This document shows positions 61,199 to 64,000 of a DNA stretch of 64,000 nt, one piece after another (within the stretch, counting starts at the first letter, position 1; each line of letters begins with the position of its first letter). A model generated the notes under the pieces. It saw only the letters and a program-made list of their open reading frames with translations. It had not been told where the DNA came from and ran no database searches. The DNA lies in NCBI GenBank assembly GCA_013265495.1, contig MU058059.1, positions 4,069,502 through 4,133,501 of the forward strand, in the 5' to 3' direction. A program made the translations under genes and the position numbers. The stretch is from Vicugna vicugna (lineage: Eukaryota).

Positions 61199-62942
61199 TG
61201 CATCTTCATATTTACTGTCACATGAAAACTACCGGAAGGGGTAGCTCCTGAAGGAAGGACTCAAACCTGCACTGTCTGCGTGACATCACTCACGCTGACG
61301 CCTCGCTCCCACCAGACGAGGGGCGCCCAACACCCGGCGGGCCCCTCAGACAGCGCCTCACAGGCCCTCCCCACACCCGCGGTGCTCTCCCACCACTCGT
61401 GGGCCCGCTTCTTTCTTCTGTACCTTTCAGTTATGAACTTTGCCACAAGAAAGGAAAGCTAGATAGGACCAGGGGTGTCTCGAGGCCCAGCACCCAGTTC
61501 AGCTCAGTCTGTCGACGCCTCGCCCTCTGTGCGTCTCTCCCAGGGGCGACGCTAACGCACTAGAGAACGGCACCCCTCGTGACTGTGCACCTCTAAGTCA
61601 GTCACCACGCATCTCCCAACACAGCGACACTTCCCTGCATGTCCACACCCAGTCACGCACCTCAGAGTTGACAGGAATTCTACGCTATCCGCCAATAACC
61701 AGCGAATATCGAAACGTCCCTGTTTAACCTCAGGTGCCTGGTAGAGCTCTGCCATCGGAGCAGCATGCCATCCAGGGTCAGGGTTCCCACCTCCCCGCGA
61801 GGCTTCCTCTCCCCGCCTTTAAGCTAGGACAGCCCCTGCCCCGCACCCTCCACAAACACTTCTTTGCCAGGATGCTGGTTTTTGAAGAGACCAGACCGTC
61901 TCGCTGATAGAATCCGCATTCTGCACTTTTCTGGTTGCTTTCCTGTGGAGTCATTTAAACCACTTTTCTATCCTTTGTGTTTCTTGTGAGTCAGAGGTTA
62001 GGTCTAAGGGCGTAACAGCAGTGCTGCAGCCCTCAGATGCACAAGCCTGCAATTCTGCAACGTCCGGCGATCCCAGTTTTGGTCAAGTCGATCTGGGTCA
62101 ATCGGTTAAGGCATCGACCACCACCGTACACGTCTGATTGTCCCTCCGCGACAAGCAAGTACCCGGGGGCTTACACTGCTGCAGCGGCTCCTCCCGGCAC
62201 CTCCTCACGTAACGCTTTCCGCTTGTGACGAGTCAAGTGTTTCATTAAGAGCTGGCAAGTGGCCATTTTCTAATTCTGTTATCCCTTCCCTTTTTCAATA
62301 GCTGGTGCCAGCCTGCAGGGGGCGCTCCCCTCACTAGCTGCGAAGAGCCCAGCGCTCCTTCTGCAAAGTTCAGAGTAACCGCTGGGTCTGTACCCTCCAT
62401 CCCCATGTTTACACTAAGGAGTGGGGGGTCACAGGCGTCTCTAACTGAAGCCAATCAGATGTCTCTCCCCCGCCCCCCACCCCAGACACACGCAGACACA
62501 GACACACACACACCACGGCCTCCCGCATTTTTACTTTCACGCGTCTGTAGTCAGTCCGTTACTTCTGATGCTCAGTTTGTCCTTTGGCTGCCCTTGACAG
62601 CGCCCTCTAGCGGACGCTCTGACAAAGCGCTGTAACCCTCTGTCCTAAACAGCTCTTCCTGAGTCTTTTCCGCAGCTGAGACCACGGGTCTGTTCTTGGC
62701 TACAGACAGCAGCTTCCCCTCCTCCCGCGTCCGGCAGCCCCTCCATCGGAAGAGACCCCCTGCTTGCATCGAGACTGTGTTGCCCCGCACCGTCAGGGCA
62801 GGGACGGCTTCCACATCCCACAGACCTTCGCCCGACACAGCCCCTGGCACCAGGAAGCAGCCCTGTGGGCCTCGCAAGGGGGCCTCCCGAGGGCTCACAC
62901 ATGATCTGGCCGAGTTGCTAAGTGTCCAGCGACCTCTCTTAC

Positions 62943-63156
62943 CTGGCATAGTAGTCGTTGGGGGGCACCGCCTCCTGGAAGAACTGGAACTGGTACAAAT
63001 AGAGTCCAATCAAGTGTCCCGCTGTGAAAATAGCCAGCAGAACGCAGAGGCAGCTGAACAGCAAGGGGTCGAACGTCCGGCACCAGGACCACCAAGTGCA
63101 CAGACCCAAAAACACGAAGAAGTAGACAGAGGAGGTCAGAGACGGCAGCATCATCC
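62943..63156 (-). CDS. PIEZO2: PIEZO2 exon ~7 (214 nt): GMMLPSLTSSVYFFVFLGLCTWWSWCRTFDPLLFSCLCVLLAIFTAGHLIGLYLYQFQFFQEAVPPNDYYAR
   Basis: Acceptor cccgcag|GG ATG, donor GCCAG|gtaag. Phase 1 to 2. Matches ORF 62939..63154. Confidence 0.96.
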
Positions 63157-64000
63157 CTGCGGGAGGGGGAGGGGAGCGACCGTGAAACGCTGCGGCGGAG
63201 GGAAGTCGTGCCCGCTCAGGAAACGACGCCTTGGGAGATTTGTCACTTTAGGGAAATGTCACCTCCATAGGCTTTTGGGTAAAACTGATCACATTTTATT
63301 TATCAAATCAGAAATAATCGTATTCTTATTGTGAAGAAAAGTTACACCTAAAGTGACGTTTGTCCACGTGGGAAAATACCAGCCGAGGAAGCAGTTCTGC
63401 CCGTGGTGTCCGAGCCCAGCAAACACTGACTTCCAGCCCAGGAGAATCCAGCCTGTTCCCTCGCCTGCTTCCCTCTCTCTGCTTCTCCCTCAGATTTTCA
63501 GGAGCGCTTGTGTGTCCATCCCAGCTTTCCCTGATACCAGCTCCTTTTATAACGATGTGCCTCTGTTTGGCTAACTAAGGCTCGTCGTAGTGTTACATTC
63601 AGTGGCAAAGGCTCACTAAACCTTGGTCCCGCCGGACGAGACCGGATTTGCACTATCACTAAAAGGGCAGCGGGAAACGGGTCATTTCTGTACAGGAACG
63701 TAACAACTTGGTGTGGGGGGAGCATTCTGAAATGATTCCTCCTTCAAGTAAGCAAGCTGCACTTCTGGGGAAATTCTAGTCTCTTTTCCATTTAAAAATG
63801 TTCCTATTGGAAAAGAGTTGTCTCATCTGGTGAAATTTCATTGATGTGGTGCGTTAGGAAGTTCACCGTGGCTCTGGAGCAACGGGGAGCAGTGTGCGGC
63901 AGGGACAGAGATGGAGGTAACGTTATTACAGAACGAGCCGCCTGCAGCCAACAGGGAGGAAGTACGTGTCTGTGCTGGGAGAGGGCAATCCACCCTGGAG

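Larger units (their letters stand above)
1782..63156 (-). other. PIEZO2: PIEZO2 gene, partial (about exons 7-20; continues beyond both window ends)
   Basis: 14 exons splice into one open frame encoding recognisable PIEZO2 blade peptides (MMLPSLTSSVYFF..., AWSITYHSWLTFVLLIW..., FIKYWIYVCGGMFFF..., LAHPEGSLPDL...). All junctions are GT-AG with compatible phases. Confidence 0.98.

Noticed and set aside
31733..62942. Many 60-170 aa ORFs in the 31-kb intron (possible nested gene or retrocopy)
   Set aside because: None resembles a known protein apart from L1 remnants. They are expected by chance in GC-rich DNA.
62696..63334. 212-aa + strand ORF
   Set aside because: Antisense shadow of PIEZO2 exon 7 and its GC-rich flanks.

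Overview
Mammalian genomic DNA. The tRNA-derived SINEs resemble the camelid family, so the source is probably alpaca, llama or camel (inference). The window lies entirely inside the PIEZO2 mechanosensitive channel gene on the minus strand. Fourteen coding exons (about exons 7-20 by human numbering, recalled from memory) were traced by hand with GT-AG boundaries and matching phases, including the small cassette exons 10 (39 nt), 18 (42 nt) and 19 (33 nt). The introns carry L1, L2, MIR, SINE, hAT and LTR remnants, microsatellites, and a ~2.25 kb minisatellite with 46 identical 46-bp copies. The most interesting signal is a cluster of extra candidate micro/cassette exons between exons 17 and 20. 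It comprises an 11-nt plus 40-nt pair that restores the frame only together, an 18/15-nt in-frame microexon, a 15-nt stop-containing microexon, and a CpG-rich acceptor-led ORF. The loop-coding exons also appear shifted toward GC-rich codons (Ala/Gly/Pro). None of the candidate exons can be confirmed without RNA-seq or alignments, and some may already be in predicted gene models.
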